A DNA stretch of 64,000 nucleotides, from positions 29,388,001 through 29,452,000 of the forward strand of contig NC_043017.1 of assembly GCF_006345805.1 (NCBI RefSeq). The letters run 5' to 3'. Position 1 is the first letter of the stretch; each line of letters opens with the position of its first letter. The DNA comes from Octopus sinensis. Lineage: Eukaryota. Under the pieces are notes generated by a model that worked only from the letters and a program-made list of their open reading frames with translations, ran no database searches and was not told the DNA's origin. This document shows positions 50,985-64,000 of the stretch, one piece after another. The translations under genes and the position numbers were made by a program.

Positions 50985-51659
50985 ATATGTATATAAAATG
51001 TGTGTATCTATCCATGTATGAATTCTATTTATGCGAGAAAATAGCAGCACCGTCGCTCATGAAAAGTTTAATCAAAATATCCGAGAAAGGTTTAATCACC
51101 GACGTCATTTGTAATGTTTCATACCCTACGTTCGCAATGTCTATTTTCCTCATATCATATGTGCACGTTCTTTTCATAAAACTTCATTTTAATCAAAAGA
51201 CAGGTGTCAAAGCGTAATAACAATGCGCACATTTCAGAAAATGTCCCCCAGGCAAATTCAAACACCCCGTCATCAATGTTATAACACAAGTAATCAATAC
51301 AAAATTCGACAAGTTGCTAAGCATGATATCGGCATTATAATGTATGCGATTTTGATTCTTTTCCTTTTGCAAACTTCTTGTATATAGTTATTGATTTATG
51401 TCATAATTGGTGAGAGTAGTGTCGATAGTTACAAGTTTCCTACAGGCCAGTATGTAAAATTCCACGGCCTTTCTGCTTTTAATAGGAAGAAATGAATAAC
51501 TGTACATCGATTATGAACAAATGTTGCGAAGAATCTCCTTTGCGTATCCTGTGGTATTCGCCTTTTTTTTTCATCAGTTTTGTCGCCGATGTTTACCTTA
51601 TTTACTGATATATATAGCTGAAAGTCACACACACACACAAACTCTTTCTCTTTTTTTGT

Positions 51660-51830
51660 TTTTTACTTGTTTCAGTCATTTGACTTACTGCGGCCATGCT
51701 GGAGCACCGCTTTTAGTCGATCAAATTGACCCCAGGACTTATTCTTTGTAAGACTAGTACTTATTCTATAGGTTCCATTTGCCGAACCGCATAAACACAC
51801 CAGCGGCGGTTTCAAGTGATGTTTGGGGAA

Positions 51831-51905
<75 letters not shown>

Positions 51906-52054
51906 CGTGTGGTATCTACGAATAGTAGTACCCTCAATATAATATAAATAAATATTTTCAAAGTGGAAAAATTTACGGATTTTTTCTCTTACGAGGTTTT
52001 TCACGCTAACTACTGATAATTTTTTTAAAAGATTTTATCCTCAATTGTTAATTA

Positions 52055-52107
<53 letters not shown>

Positions 52108-52190
52108 CACGACGGGCTTCTTTCAGTATCCATCTACCATATGCACTCACAAGGCTTTGATCAACCCGATGCAATAGTAGAAGACTGTAT
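51660..52190 (-). mobile_element. Degenerate SINE family A copy with expanded microsatellite
   Basis: Tail at 51660-51830, body at 52105-52190. Confidence 0.75.
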
Positions 52191-52568
52191 GTCTGCTGCC
52201 TGCCTGTATTTCTGTCTGTCTATCTGTCTGTGTGTTTGTGTGTGTGGTGGGGGGAGTTTGTCTGTGCATTAGTATCTTTCGACAATTCATGAAGCTACTC
52301 TAGCTATTTGGAACAACTTTAAAAATATATACCTACAGATCTATCAGTTTAATATTTTTCCAACGGATTCCAGTAGTTAGAAAGAGAGAGAAAGAAAGAC
52401 TGAACAAAAGCAGATAAGAGAGAGAGAGATTGTGTCATATACATATAAAATATATAACATCAGTTTATGTGTGTATATATAAGCATAAAAGTATATATTT
52501 TCTTATTTATATTGATGTATACACATACAACTATATGAGTATGTATGTAGCTAGCTATACGAGAACTC

Positions 52569-52625
<57 letters not shown>

Positions 52626-53214
52626 CATGCATACAAACAAACACACAATATAAATGGTGGAATAATGCAGACTATAAAATCGCTTATGTAATACAGAATC
52701 CTAATATATATATACGTCCTTGTGTGTTTATACAAGCGTAGACACACACACGCACACCTAGACACACACTTGTATAAAAACACAGACATACACACGCATA
52801 CGTCTACAATCTATGGCATAAACGGTTTTATAGTCTCTGTGTCATTCCAGCATTCATTGCCCACGACAGAAGACATTCCATCTGAAAGACCAGCAAATAC
52901 ACTTTATAGCAGAACGAACAAAACAGCTAAAAGAAACCTGAATACAGAGAACCCCCCCAAAAAAAAAAAAATGTCTACGCTAAACAAAGTGCTTCGCCGA
53001 GGAATAATACATAATGAAAGCCAGACGAATAAACAGTGTTGAAAAGCAATACAATTATTTGATATGGAATTGTTTCCACGTTTACTAAAGATTATATGTT
53101 ATTGCATCCATTATGTTTTGGTTATAGTAATCAATCTCTATTACAATGTTTCAACATCCGTAAACAAACATACCCTCATGTTTGCAGGCACGAAGTTAAA
53201 TACGTACGCAAATA

Positions 53215-53327
53215 TATATATATATATATACACACTTACATACATATATATATACACACACACATACATACACACACACACACACATACATACATATATA
53301 TATATACATATATACATATATACATAC

Positions 53328-53394
<67 letters not shown>

Positions 53395-53405
53395 CATATA
53401 TATAC

Positions 53406-53444
<39 letters not shown>

Positions 53445-53800
53445 CATATATACATATATATACATACATATATACATATATATACATATATATAAATACA
53501 TATATACATATATATACATATATACATACATACATATATATACATACATATATACATATATACATACATACATACATACATACACACATATATACACACA
53601 TACATATACACACATACATATACACACATACATACATACATACATATACACACATACATACATACATACATATACACACATATATACACACATACATATA
53701 CACACATATATACATACATACATACATATACACACATATATACATACATATACACACATATATACATACATATATATATATATATATATGTATGTGTGTA
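53215..53800. repeat. (TACA)/(TA) compound microsatellite
   Basis: Direct inspection. Confidence 0.95.
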
Positions 53801-54344
53801 TGTATGCTCGTATATAGATGTAGATATATTTGAATGTGTATATACGCGCCTCACTCTAGCTCCGTTGTTTCGCGATGCATCCATCAAATCCTTTTGGGAA
53901 TCTGGTAAAAACTCGGCCGATTGATAACCAAGATAATGTAATTTGATTTCACACCTCTACATTATTACATATCATTGTGTACTTCATGTAAACAAGAGGA
54001 TCAAGTAACACCACGTAATATCACACGCACACACACTCGGTCACATATATACACATACACAGAATCACACACATGCACTCATTTATATATATATATATAT
54101 ATATACATACAACATACACACAAACTTATACACGGGTTTCTGTGGGAATTAAAATATGTGAAACTTTTTGCAAGCTTGAATTTCTAAAAGACGGACCAGT
54201 TAGTTGCATAAGTATATTTACATACCCGACATACAGACAGTCTGTCTGTCTGCCTGTATGTATATATATATATATATCTTTCTGTCTACCTATATATATA
54301 TATATATATATATTGGCATTGAAAGTTACCCCATCAGCAGATCT

Positions 54345-54660
54345 CAACATTACCATCAAAATAAAGGACCAGATACTGCAACAGCTTGGGTTTCAGGGGA
54401 CCACATCTTTCAATATCCTTCCTAAATGACTGAGAGACCTGCATGGTGTGGATGTAGGTTTCTTTAGACTCTAAGCTGGATCTCTTTTTGTCAGGGGTCC
54501 CAGATGAACCTACCTCTCGGCAGGAAGCACAGATGCGGGGAGCGGCGTCGAACTCCCTTGTAGACCAAGTGCCACGTATCAGAGGTGGTTTCACATACTA
54601 GTGTAGCTCATTCAGTGATAGTGCTCTAGCATGGCCGCAATTTTCAGGCTAAAACATTAA
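54345..54660 (+). mobile_element. Decayed CR1/L2-group LINE 3' end
   Basis: RTRYCNSLGFRGPHL / FNILPK*LRDLHGVDV / KLDLFLSGVPDEP...AASNSLVDQ; 3' UTR GTGCTCTAGCATGGCCGCA. Confidence 0.8.
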
Positions 54661-54662
54661 GG

Positions 54663-54719
<57 letters not shown>

Positions 54720-54723
<4 letters not shown>

Positions 54724-54925
54724 TAATCCAAACATGAAAACACAAAGAGAAAACACAACAACGCGAGGACGTGGAACAAGTGTAGTATTATTGGACGCTC
54801 AGGAAAGAAGGAGCGTTTAACGTTTCGAGCGGAGTTCTTCGTCTGAAACATAGGAAAAGGAAAGATCCAAAGTAGGGAAGATGGAGAAAAAAAAATCGCC
54901 AACGGTACACACGCGGTCACATTTT
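54720..54925 (-). mobile_element. Family C-related (TA)n-flanked element with degenerate hammerhead
   Basis: Reverse complement GTTT-CAGACGAA-GAAC-TCC-GCTC-GAAACGT-T-AAAC at 54815-54849. Confidence 0.72.
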
Positions 54926-54972
54926 GAACATCAAAGGCTCTTTGGAATCTGGTAAAAACTCGGCTCGTTCAC

Positions 54973-55022
<50 letters not shown>

Positions 55023-55959
55023 GTATATATACCTGTTTGTATGTGCATATACCTATGGTCTTTAATTATCACCTATATTCCATTGCAAAACATATGAATG
55101 CATCGCCTCCCATCACACAATGTATCATGGTGCCACGATATACCATTTTCCTTTTCGCTGACATCGTTAAGATCCAATACATTATGAAATTCCACATGAG
55201 CCACGCCATGTGTTGAGTTTTAATAGAAGCCATTGCTACAGAACGCATTTCAAACGTCAAATTCGATCCCTTTCCAATTAAATGTATTGAACTTTAAATT
55301 TTATTACACATTTTTACTCCACTAAAGCATAAATCTCTTTCATTTATTTTAATTAAAAGCAACGATTTTAATGAAGCAGCAGGATAAAAGAGAATACAAT
55401 CCTGATTGTTTCATTTGATTTATTTCTTCTCATTAATCACATTCCTTTTAAGGATCCCTTCTCAGTCTGATATTAATTTGAAGTTTGAAGACGACAAAAT
55501 ATCATAAATAACCCTACAATTCTTCTCCCGATGCTATTATTTTTTCCTCTTATTTTCTTCTTTTTATCGTTTTTTTATTTCGTTTCGTTATATTTTTAAT
55601 GTCCTAATGGAATTTATTTTCACTCTAATCCATTTACAATATTCATTCTTTTAATATTTGTGTTTTGCGACTGATACCAGTTTACCAAGTGTAATGGAGG
55701 TTAGTAAACACCAGGAATCAAATATAATCCAGTCGTGCCTTACGCGTACAGCAGTAATTCTTTACAATATAAAGGAAATTCCATGGCTTCAGACCGAAAC
55801 TTTTCTGATATTAGAATCTATATGTAAATCCAGAAGCTTATCTATGAATTAAATAACGCCCTATAGGCCCAAATAGTGTGATTTTAAATATCGTGATTTT
55901 AAAAATATATATTTGTGTGTGTATGTGTGCGTGTCTGTGTGTATGTGTGTGTGTGTTTG

Positions 55960-56160
55960 TGTGTCTGTGTTTGTCTCCCCAACATCGCTTGACAACCTAT
56001 ACTGGTGTGTTTACGTCACCGTAACTTAGCGGTTCGGCAAAAGAGTACGATAAAATAAGTACTACGCTTGCAAAGAATAAGTCTTGAAGTCGATTTGCTC
56101 GACTTTAGGCGGTGCTCCAGCATGGCCAAAGTGAAATGACTGAAACAAGTAAAAGAGTAA
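55960..56160 (+). mobile_element. SINE family A 3' half
   Basis: CAACATCGCTTGACAACC...AAACAAGTAAAAGAG. Confidence 0.85.
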
Positions 56161-56599
56161 AACAATAAAGTTCTACCGAAATAGCTCTTGGCAATTTCAA
56201 AACTTATTGGCTTTCCTATATATACATATATATGTGTGTATGGCGGTGGGGAAAGTGTGTGTGTGTTGAGTGAGAGAGAGAGAGAGAGGTGCATGTCTTA
56301 GGATTTAGGATGTTGCACTCATGATTATAAAATTGTGGATCGAGTGTTGAGTTGCTTTCTTGAGCAAAGCACTTTCTATCACGTTGCTACAATCCCCTTA
56401 TCTTGCAAAAAAAAAAAGAGAGAAAGAAATATATTTATATATAGTAATCCAGCTGACCAACTAAACTTGTAATCTATTCACATTCCTTTGTAAACTTTTA
56501 AAACTCTATGAATTCAGATCCTACACACCTATATAAACACGCTAAATTACAATGGTTTAAATGCTGGTTTGAACTCTAAGTTTTAATATTCACGTTCTC

Positions 56600-56775
56600 A
56601 TTTTCTTTTTGTGCCTTATCATGTAACACACTCACCGGTAAAATTCCCACTTACCGGTGAGTGTGTTACATTATAAGGCACAACAAGAAAATGATTCTCC
56701 CCAGACACAACAGAATATGCTTCGACACACGAACTCATATGAAGAATCATGCAAACCAAATAAAAAAAAAAACCC
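56600..56775. mobile_element. Internally deleted family D element
   Basis: Two partial arms meet at CACCGGTAAAATTCCCACTTACCGGTG. Confidence 0.8.
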
Positions 56776-56869
56776 AAATATATATATATATATATATATA
56801 TTTGTAAACGTATACGAGTAGGTATATATTTGTAAAATATACGAGCTAATCCTATTATAAATATATATG

Positions 56870-56905
<36 letters not shown>

Positions 56906-58127
56906 TGTACATAGGCAAAGGGATAGCTTTTTCGTAAGTTTACTTCTAAAGAATGACGTTCCGGTTTTCTCAGGGAATGTAATTACGTAATGACAGGCAT
57001 GAATTCTAACACCAATTCCATTACATTTTTGATTTCTTCCCCTCCACACGAACAAATGTTTATGCAAATTGTTGAATACTGTATATTTGACACACGGGCG
57101 AATTACAACGCTTTGGAACTTTTGCTTTTAATACGATGTTTACATCTAAATTAAACGTTTTTACTTCAATACCATATTGTTGGTGGTTAAACTAATTGCT
57201 TGAAAGTAATCAGACAAGCTTTTGAAGTCATGATTTTCTGTTTGGTTAAAACTGAAATTCATTCTTACTATTTATTTGTTTATCTGCTTCATTTATCATT
57301 AGATTTTCGTTTTTTCTATACTGTGTTTCAACTGTCCTTCGTGAACTTTACGAAGCCATCTTTGTTTTGTTTTCGTTTTCTTTTGGAGTTGTTATTTTAA
57401 TTCTTATTTGTTTAATTCATGTATTTTTTTTTTCTGTTTCCCGAGCGAAGAATAAGACTGCCTAAAGCCATACTAGAGATTATTAAATTTCTTGCAGAAA
57501 ACGGTAATATATAGACTCGCGAAACGTTACTACATTACTACATTACAGATTTTCCTGTTGTACGAATCAACAATAAAAAAAAATTTACCGGTGACTGCCA
57601 TTGCACGCCACGTATATCATTATCGTGGGAAGAATTAATTCACAGGAAAGAAGGTAAAAACATTACCAGAGACAAAGATGTTATGCGATAAGAAGAATTT
57701 GTTTGTTTCCTGTGCAGAAAATATTTATGCACTAATTCAGTTTCTGCCAACATCAAATGCAGTATCAGAATCCCAGTTGAGGATCCATTTCTCAGTATTG
57801 AATTAGCGTTAGATCAATTATTACAAAAACGAAACTTGCCCATAACGCTGCATTTCACAAAGCGCACCAACCATCTGCCACATCGCACTCCCGACTACAG
57901 AAGGGTTATCTTGGCTTCCAGTATAACAACAGTCATGTCACAGAACGTCAGTTTGTTTAGTACACTTCGCAATTGTTAGCAAGTGAAATAGCGAAGAATT
58001 CCTAAGACCAATACATACATACGTACACAGACATGCATGCAATCATACATGCATGCATACATACATACACAAATACATACATGCATGCATGCATACATAC
58101 ATACATACACACACATGCATGCATATA

Positions 58128-58250
58128 CGCAGGCGTAGTAGAGGCTGTGTGGTAAGAAGCTTCCATCCGAACCACATGTTTTCGCGTTCAGTCCCACTGA
58201 TTGGTACCTTGGGCAAGTGTCTATCACTATAGCTTCCGTTCGACCATAGC
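58128..58250 (+). mobile_element. Old SINE family A head
   Basis: GGCTGTGTGGTAAGAAGCTT...CCTTGGGCAAGTGTC. Confidence 0.75.
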
Positions 58251-58294
58251 TTTACGCTTGTATATATATATATATATATATATATTCAAAATGT

Positions 58295-58542
58295 ATATAT
58301 TTATTTCGTTTTGGGATTTGGTTTGCAAGATTCTTTATATGAGTTCGTGTGTTGAAGCATATTCTGTTGTGCCTGGGGATAGACATTCTCTTTTAGTGCC
58401 TTATTATTTAACACTCTCACCGGTAAAATTCCTACTTATTTCTTATTTTAGAAAATAAAAATAAGAAATAAGTGGAAATTTTACCGGTGAGTGTGTTAGA
58501 TAATAAGGCACTAAAAGAGAATGACTCTCCCCAGACACCATA
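58295..58542. mobile_element. Internally deleted family D element between (TA)n tracts
   Basis: Arm and inverted arm joined at TTATTTTAGAAAATAAAA. Confidence 0.85.
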
Positions 58543-59945
58543 GTATATATATATATATATATATATATATGCATAAAGAAGACAGAAAGAACGAGATGAG
58601 AAAGAGAAAGTGTGTGATATGGGAAGAGAGAGAGAGAGAGAAAAAGATGGGTGTATGTGTTTATGTGACTGTCAATATTCGTGTCTTTGTTCATATTCAT
58701 AAGTACTAAACTGAAATTTATATCTGAGGGTGAATAACTTACAGTTTTTACGTATCTGTATAAACATATACGAGCTAGAAAGCAGTTATACCATATAGAA
58801 TTTATGACAAAAACAGTTGTATAAGTTATATTACACTATTTGTAAATACAACTGCGTGTGTAGCCACTTATGTTGATATCTAAAATCACGAAACCATAAA
58901 TTTCACAGGATGAATTGCTTATTATCATGGTGGATGTTCAATTCACGGAAGGAACAGGCAAGTGAGTTGTGGCAATATAGTGTAACTTTGGTATCTGTAA
59001 TTGCTGGAGATATTTAGTGAGTCAGAGTGCAACTGTTTCTTCATGAGCTCGTACAAGTTGCCAGATCGATAATCGGGATTTGAATCGATACGTGGCATTT
59101 TAATGCAGAATAAAAGAAATGCATGAGATACTGAGGACAATGAATGCAAAGATAAGGGTGATGACAACATTGATGATAACGACGACGACAATGATGACAC
59201 GGCAGCTAAAAGAATGAGGTGAAATGTGTGGTGATGCTGAGGAACCGGAGGACAAAGAATATAAAAAAAAAAGATGGAATGTGGACAGTTATGCATTGAC
59301 AACTAATAATCGATATATTTAATCCAATATTGGTCTCACCATCGATGGAACATAAAGAATTATGGACATTAAGAGAATATACGAAACGTCGATAATATTC
59401 TTTCTGTGTTTCTTGTTATTTTATTTCATGCGTTTTACATAGATAATTATGTAGCATATGAAACGGTTTTATGGTGAGGCGAGTATTGGCGGTGCTTTTG
59501 TTTTCTCTTCAATTTTTATATAATAAAAGGTCTTGAATGATCGATCTTAGTAAACAAAAAAATAAATAAATAAAATAAATCTAAGGGCTTCTTATAAGTC
59601 TTTGTATCACATATTTTTTTCTGTAGGCCTCATCAAGAAAAACAATGTTCCAAGTCTTACAAACTCGTCTTTTTTCTAAATTGTATTGCTTTTTTTTTAT
59701 CTTTTCTATTTTCCCCTGTTGTTTTCTGAAAAAAAGAATGTGCTTCGGACTGCAATTTCCAATATACTGCATAGTTTGTTTTCTTAATAATTAAGTTGGT
59801 GTTTATAAAAGACTGGCTTTTTAGAAGGTTTTGCGGAGATCATATTCAAATACGTGATAATGTGATTCAATGCCTAATGTACGTATACCATATTTAGTTA
59901 GCACCAACGGATTTTTGCATGAAACTATGTATGCATATATATATA

Positions 59946-59994
<49 letters not shown>

Positions 59995-60142
59995 ATGTAT
60001 ATATAATAGTTCGTTTAGGCTTCGCGAGATCAATAAACCGACGTAGAGCTCAATATACATATATTTCAGAACGAAATTTTGGTTGAGCATAGAGCGGTAA
60101 TAAAGACAATCACTTATTTCTTTGTCATCTCTCTTTACTATT

Positions 60143-60201
<59 letters not shown>

Positions 60202-61224
60202 CAGCGTACATTTAAACACATCAGGTGTCCTTCATAGGACTCTCTTACGCTAGAAGGAACAGTTAAAGTCAAAACCACTGTATTTTATGTGAATAATATA
60301 TAGTCTATTGACAAATTTTTTATACGCTAGGCCACTGGTAGTAAAAATTACTAAAACCTTTATTACCCTGATATTATTAAATATACATATATATATAGGA
60401 AAGGGAGATATATGGTTGTTTATGTAGCTTTCTCTCTGCCTGCCTGCATGTATGTATGTATGAATGTACTCATGTATGTATGTATGTATGTATGTATGTA
60501 CTCATGTATGTATGTATGTATGTTGTGTGTGTGTGTGTGTGTGTGTGTGTACGTATGTATGTTTGTATGTGTGTATGTATGTATGAATGTACGTATGTAT
60601 GTATGTATGTACGTATGTATGTTTGTATGTGTGTATGCGTGTATGTATGTAGGTATGGGTTGTGTGCGGAAATGCACTTGTGTGTTTCCAATTAGTCTTT
60701 AAATGTGATTGAATTTACGGATGTTTTTTTAAAAATTCCATTTGTTCTATGTAGTGTAGCAACTAACATAATTGATGTTGCTCACCATCCGAGAATGACT
60801 AATGGTTCGCATGTCTCCTGGCCTAAGGACACGTAAAAATTAATTAATAAAACACTAATTAATTAAAATGGACGAAAAAACAGACTGTTAATATTAAATA
60901 TAAAAATATTGAACTAAAATTAGTTATTGAGTCAAGCACAAAAATGCTATTCGCTCATCATGGGTGAGATAAAAACATCTTCATATATTTAATTTCGTTT
61001 ATACGTTACACACGATTCATTACTGTTCAGTATAGTATGCTGTTTGGCACAAGATCCTATAAATCACTATACCGCCTTACCGAGGTTACGTAAACTACCA
61101 GGAAGAGGAGCCAATTTCGCCTACGTTCCTGAATAGTGACAAAGGATACATTGCGTTATATAGACATAGGGCCCCAAGGGCTCCAATGCTCATTAAAATA
61201 CTTACCACACAGCCACTCCTATTT

Positions 61225-61615
61225 ATTATTGCTTTATCATATCGATCCCAACCATATAAAAGCAAAGTCGAACTCGGCAGTATTTCACGTCAAAATTTAA
61301 AGGACTGGAAAATATACCGCTAAATATGTTTGTCTGACACGTTAGCGATATTACCATCTCGTTAACTTTGCAGTAACAGCTAACAATAATAATTTTTTTA
61401 GGATTTATACAATGGCTGAAATTTTGTGGAGCGTGACTGGTCGATCAAATAAACCTAATGTCCGATTGTTATTTATTTCATCGATCTGGAAAGGGTGAAA
61501 AGCAGACCTAACTTCAGCCGTGCTTTAAACTCAGAACGTAAAGAGTGAGAACAAATGATGCCAAGCATTTTTGCCCAACTTGCTAAAAATGCTGTTAGCA
61601 ACTTGCCATCTAAAA
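61225..61615 (-). mobile_element. Two old SINE B-related fragments
   Basis: AAAGTCGAACTCGGCAG and AACTCAGAACGTAAAGAG motifs. Confidence 0.55.
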
Positions 61616-62214
61616 AGCATAGAATAATTGTTACAATGGAACATGCTCATTCTTCAAGTGAGTTCTGCTTTCAAAGAATAATGTCGATCCATAATTAGCA
61701 TAAAAATCTAGAATAAATTTATGAAATTAATCTTATGTTTTACAGCGATACAGTTCTCCGCCTTTTTCTCTCTTAATTATAACATTTGATGTAACTCAAA
61801 GTTGTCCATTATTCTTTTTTTAAAACATAATGTTCGCAATAATTTTGTGTATTTATTTAATTTTCCGTCTTAAAATTAAATTCAATGGCCCTTTACGAAG
61901 AAATACAACAGCTATTATCGTAGCGGAGAACTTTCTTGAAAATTAATGAAAAGAAATACAAAGAAAAAGATGAATAAATAAATATGTAGAAAAGACGAAA
62001 CAAACATAAAAATCAATATTTATCTTTGAAATTTTTGTGTGCTCGTTAAAAGTATATTTCCTGCTAATTAGCAGGAAATACCTGGCAGATATTATAAATG
62101 AATTTGATACATAGGAGTAATTAGGAACTCATATTGTGTAAGTTCAAGGAAAGGGGTGATAACTTAAATTATTTATGGATCTCGATTTGGTTGTGAGTGG
62201 AAAACAACGTAAAA

Positions 62215-62246
<32 letters not shown>

Positions 62247-62279
62247 GAATATATAAAACAATACGAAACTGTTGCTTGT

Positions 62280-62417
62280 GTGTGTGTGTATATGTATATA
62301 TATATATCTATGTACATATATTTATATATACATATGTGTAAACATATACATATATATGCATATATACATATAAACATAGTTCATACATCCATATACAGAC
62401 ATACGTGTATATCTATA

Positions 62418-62462
<45 letters not shown>

Positions 62463-62568
62463 ATGTACATATATTTATATATACATATGTGTAAACATAT
62501 ACATATATATATGCATATATACATATAAACAGTTCATACATCCATATACAGACATACGTGTATATCTA

Positions 62569-62614
<46 letters not shown>

Positions 62615-62700
62615 CAGATACATATAAACATAGTTCATAGATCGATATACAGACATATGTATATATACATATATATACATATATATATTTCTATATATAT
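62280..62700. repeat. Tandem duplication of an approximately 140-bp TA-rich unit
   Basis: GTTCATACATCCATATACAGACATACGTG repeated. Confidence 0.85.
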
Positions 62701-63857
62701 ATACTGCTCTTGCTTGAATGCTGCTATGCTCCATGTTTGTGAAGCTCTGATTTACCAAATTTTATGTACTTGTTTTGTTTCTTTTATTTTCCTTTCTCTT
62801 TTACCTCGAGAAAAATAAGGGAAATAAAGGATGAAAAAAAAACAAAACAAATTAAGAGATAATCAAATAGGCTTTCAATTTAATTATTTTTTGACGGTTG
62901 TGTTTCTGAAATCATGCATAAGTTATAAAATATGAGTTGTTATTGCTTTCACGGTAGTTAAATATTTTAAATTATATAGATATCTGTAAAATGCATATTT
63001 CCTTGCTTATTCTCTCGAGCAGCAAAAACAGAATAAAAATAAAATTAAATACACGTACAAATATTGAATTTCCTCTCTACTCATTTACATGAATATGCAT
63101 CAAGCACTTTCGTTATAAACTCGTTATAAACTCCTGAAAAGCATAGCAACCTTCTGTTATATAATAAATATCATAATAAATAATAGTGTAATAAGGTTGT
63201 CGCCTATGTTTTCAACAAATTCATACATGAATAGGCATTTCATAATTCTTTCTAATGTTTAGCACAAGGTCAGCAAGTTCCAGGGAAGGGGAAGTCTATT
63301 GCATCAACTTCAGTGGTCAACTTGTACTTTAGCGGTATCTGAACGCTGAACGTAACGAGTCAGAAGAAACGCATCTAAATATTTTGTTCGACGCGCTAAC
63401 GATTCTGCCAACTGCTTGCCTTAATGTCGTTCAATAATAGTAATAAGGAATTAAAGCATAGCTATCTATACACATACGTACGTGCGAGCACACACATACA
63501 CACACACACACACAATTATATCTTTGTTTTTCTAGGCTTTAGTACTCATAGCTATCTTAGTACATAACAAGGGATATGCGTGTTATACATACATTTCTGT
63601 GGCTCAATATTGGCCGAATTTTAATATACCCATAAAATTAATGAGCGGCAGATATTCCTGCTCCGGTGAGACGGATCCATCGCTGATTTGATGTAGTATA
63701 TTTTATAATTAACTAGAATTTCATAAGATAATATGATGACAACATTTTGTAAACTTACGTCGTAAAAAAAAAATCCGTATAATGTTTTTGCTTACACCCA
63801 CATTATCATCACAAGCACATACCTACACACGCACATATCTGCATCTGTATATATATG

Positions 63858-64000
63858 CCATGATAGATCCTTAGCCACTACACACATTTTTTTTCTCTCC
63901 TTGCTTCTCCCCTTGTTTTTTCTGTGTCCCTTTCTGTAAAAGAGCGTAGGCTCGAAACGTAAAATACTTTTTCTATTCATGAGCGTTATACTAATACATC
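63858..64000 (+). mobile_element. Family C element, runs off the window end
   Basis: CTTT-CTGTAAAA-GAGC-GTAG-GCTC-GAAACGT-A-AAA at 63930-63965. Confidence 0.8.

Noticed and set aside
6578-53887. Long ORF-track entries rich in Y/I/H/T/C/V (e.g. 46499-47482, 46554-47585, 53096-53887, 20205-20981, 6578-7324)
   Set aside because: Translations of TA/CA/TACA microsatellites, which lack stop codons; no coding signal.
57741-57946. Plus-strand 206-nt open segment with a TTCAG acceptor
   Set aside because: Weak donor, no homology recognised, no supporting partner exons.

Overview
AT-rich, microsatellite-saturated eukaryotic genomic DNA with one 100-N gap. The repeat families resemble those of octopod cephalopods (inferred from recalled repeat sequences, not searched). 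No confidently identifiable protein-coding gene is present, and nearly all ORF-track entries are microsatellite or SINE read-throughs. The window is a mosaic of several tRNA-derived SINE families, decayed LINE 3' ends (RTE, BovB-type RTE, Tx1/L1-type, CR1/L2-type), non-autonomous Helitrons, 8-bp-TSD MITEs, a short-LTR element and many long inverted-repeat (fold-back) elements sitting in (TA)n tracts. The main observation is that several unrelated fold-back or (TA)n-embedded families carry type I hammerhead-ribozyme (HHR) motifs with short, often self-complementary helix III. They include a near-canonical pair in a perfect 191-bp palindrome (32879-33274) and variants with U3-A8 or G3-C8 in place of the C3-G8 core pair. 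This points to a set of Penelope/retrozyme-like non-autonomous retroelements. A few candidate minus-strand exons and a 0.9-kb decayed unknown ORF are also noted at low confidence.
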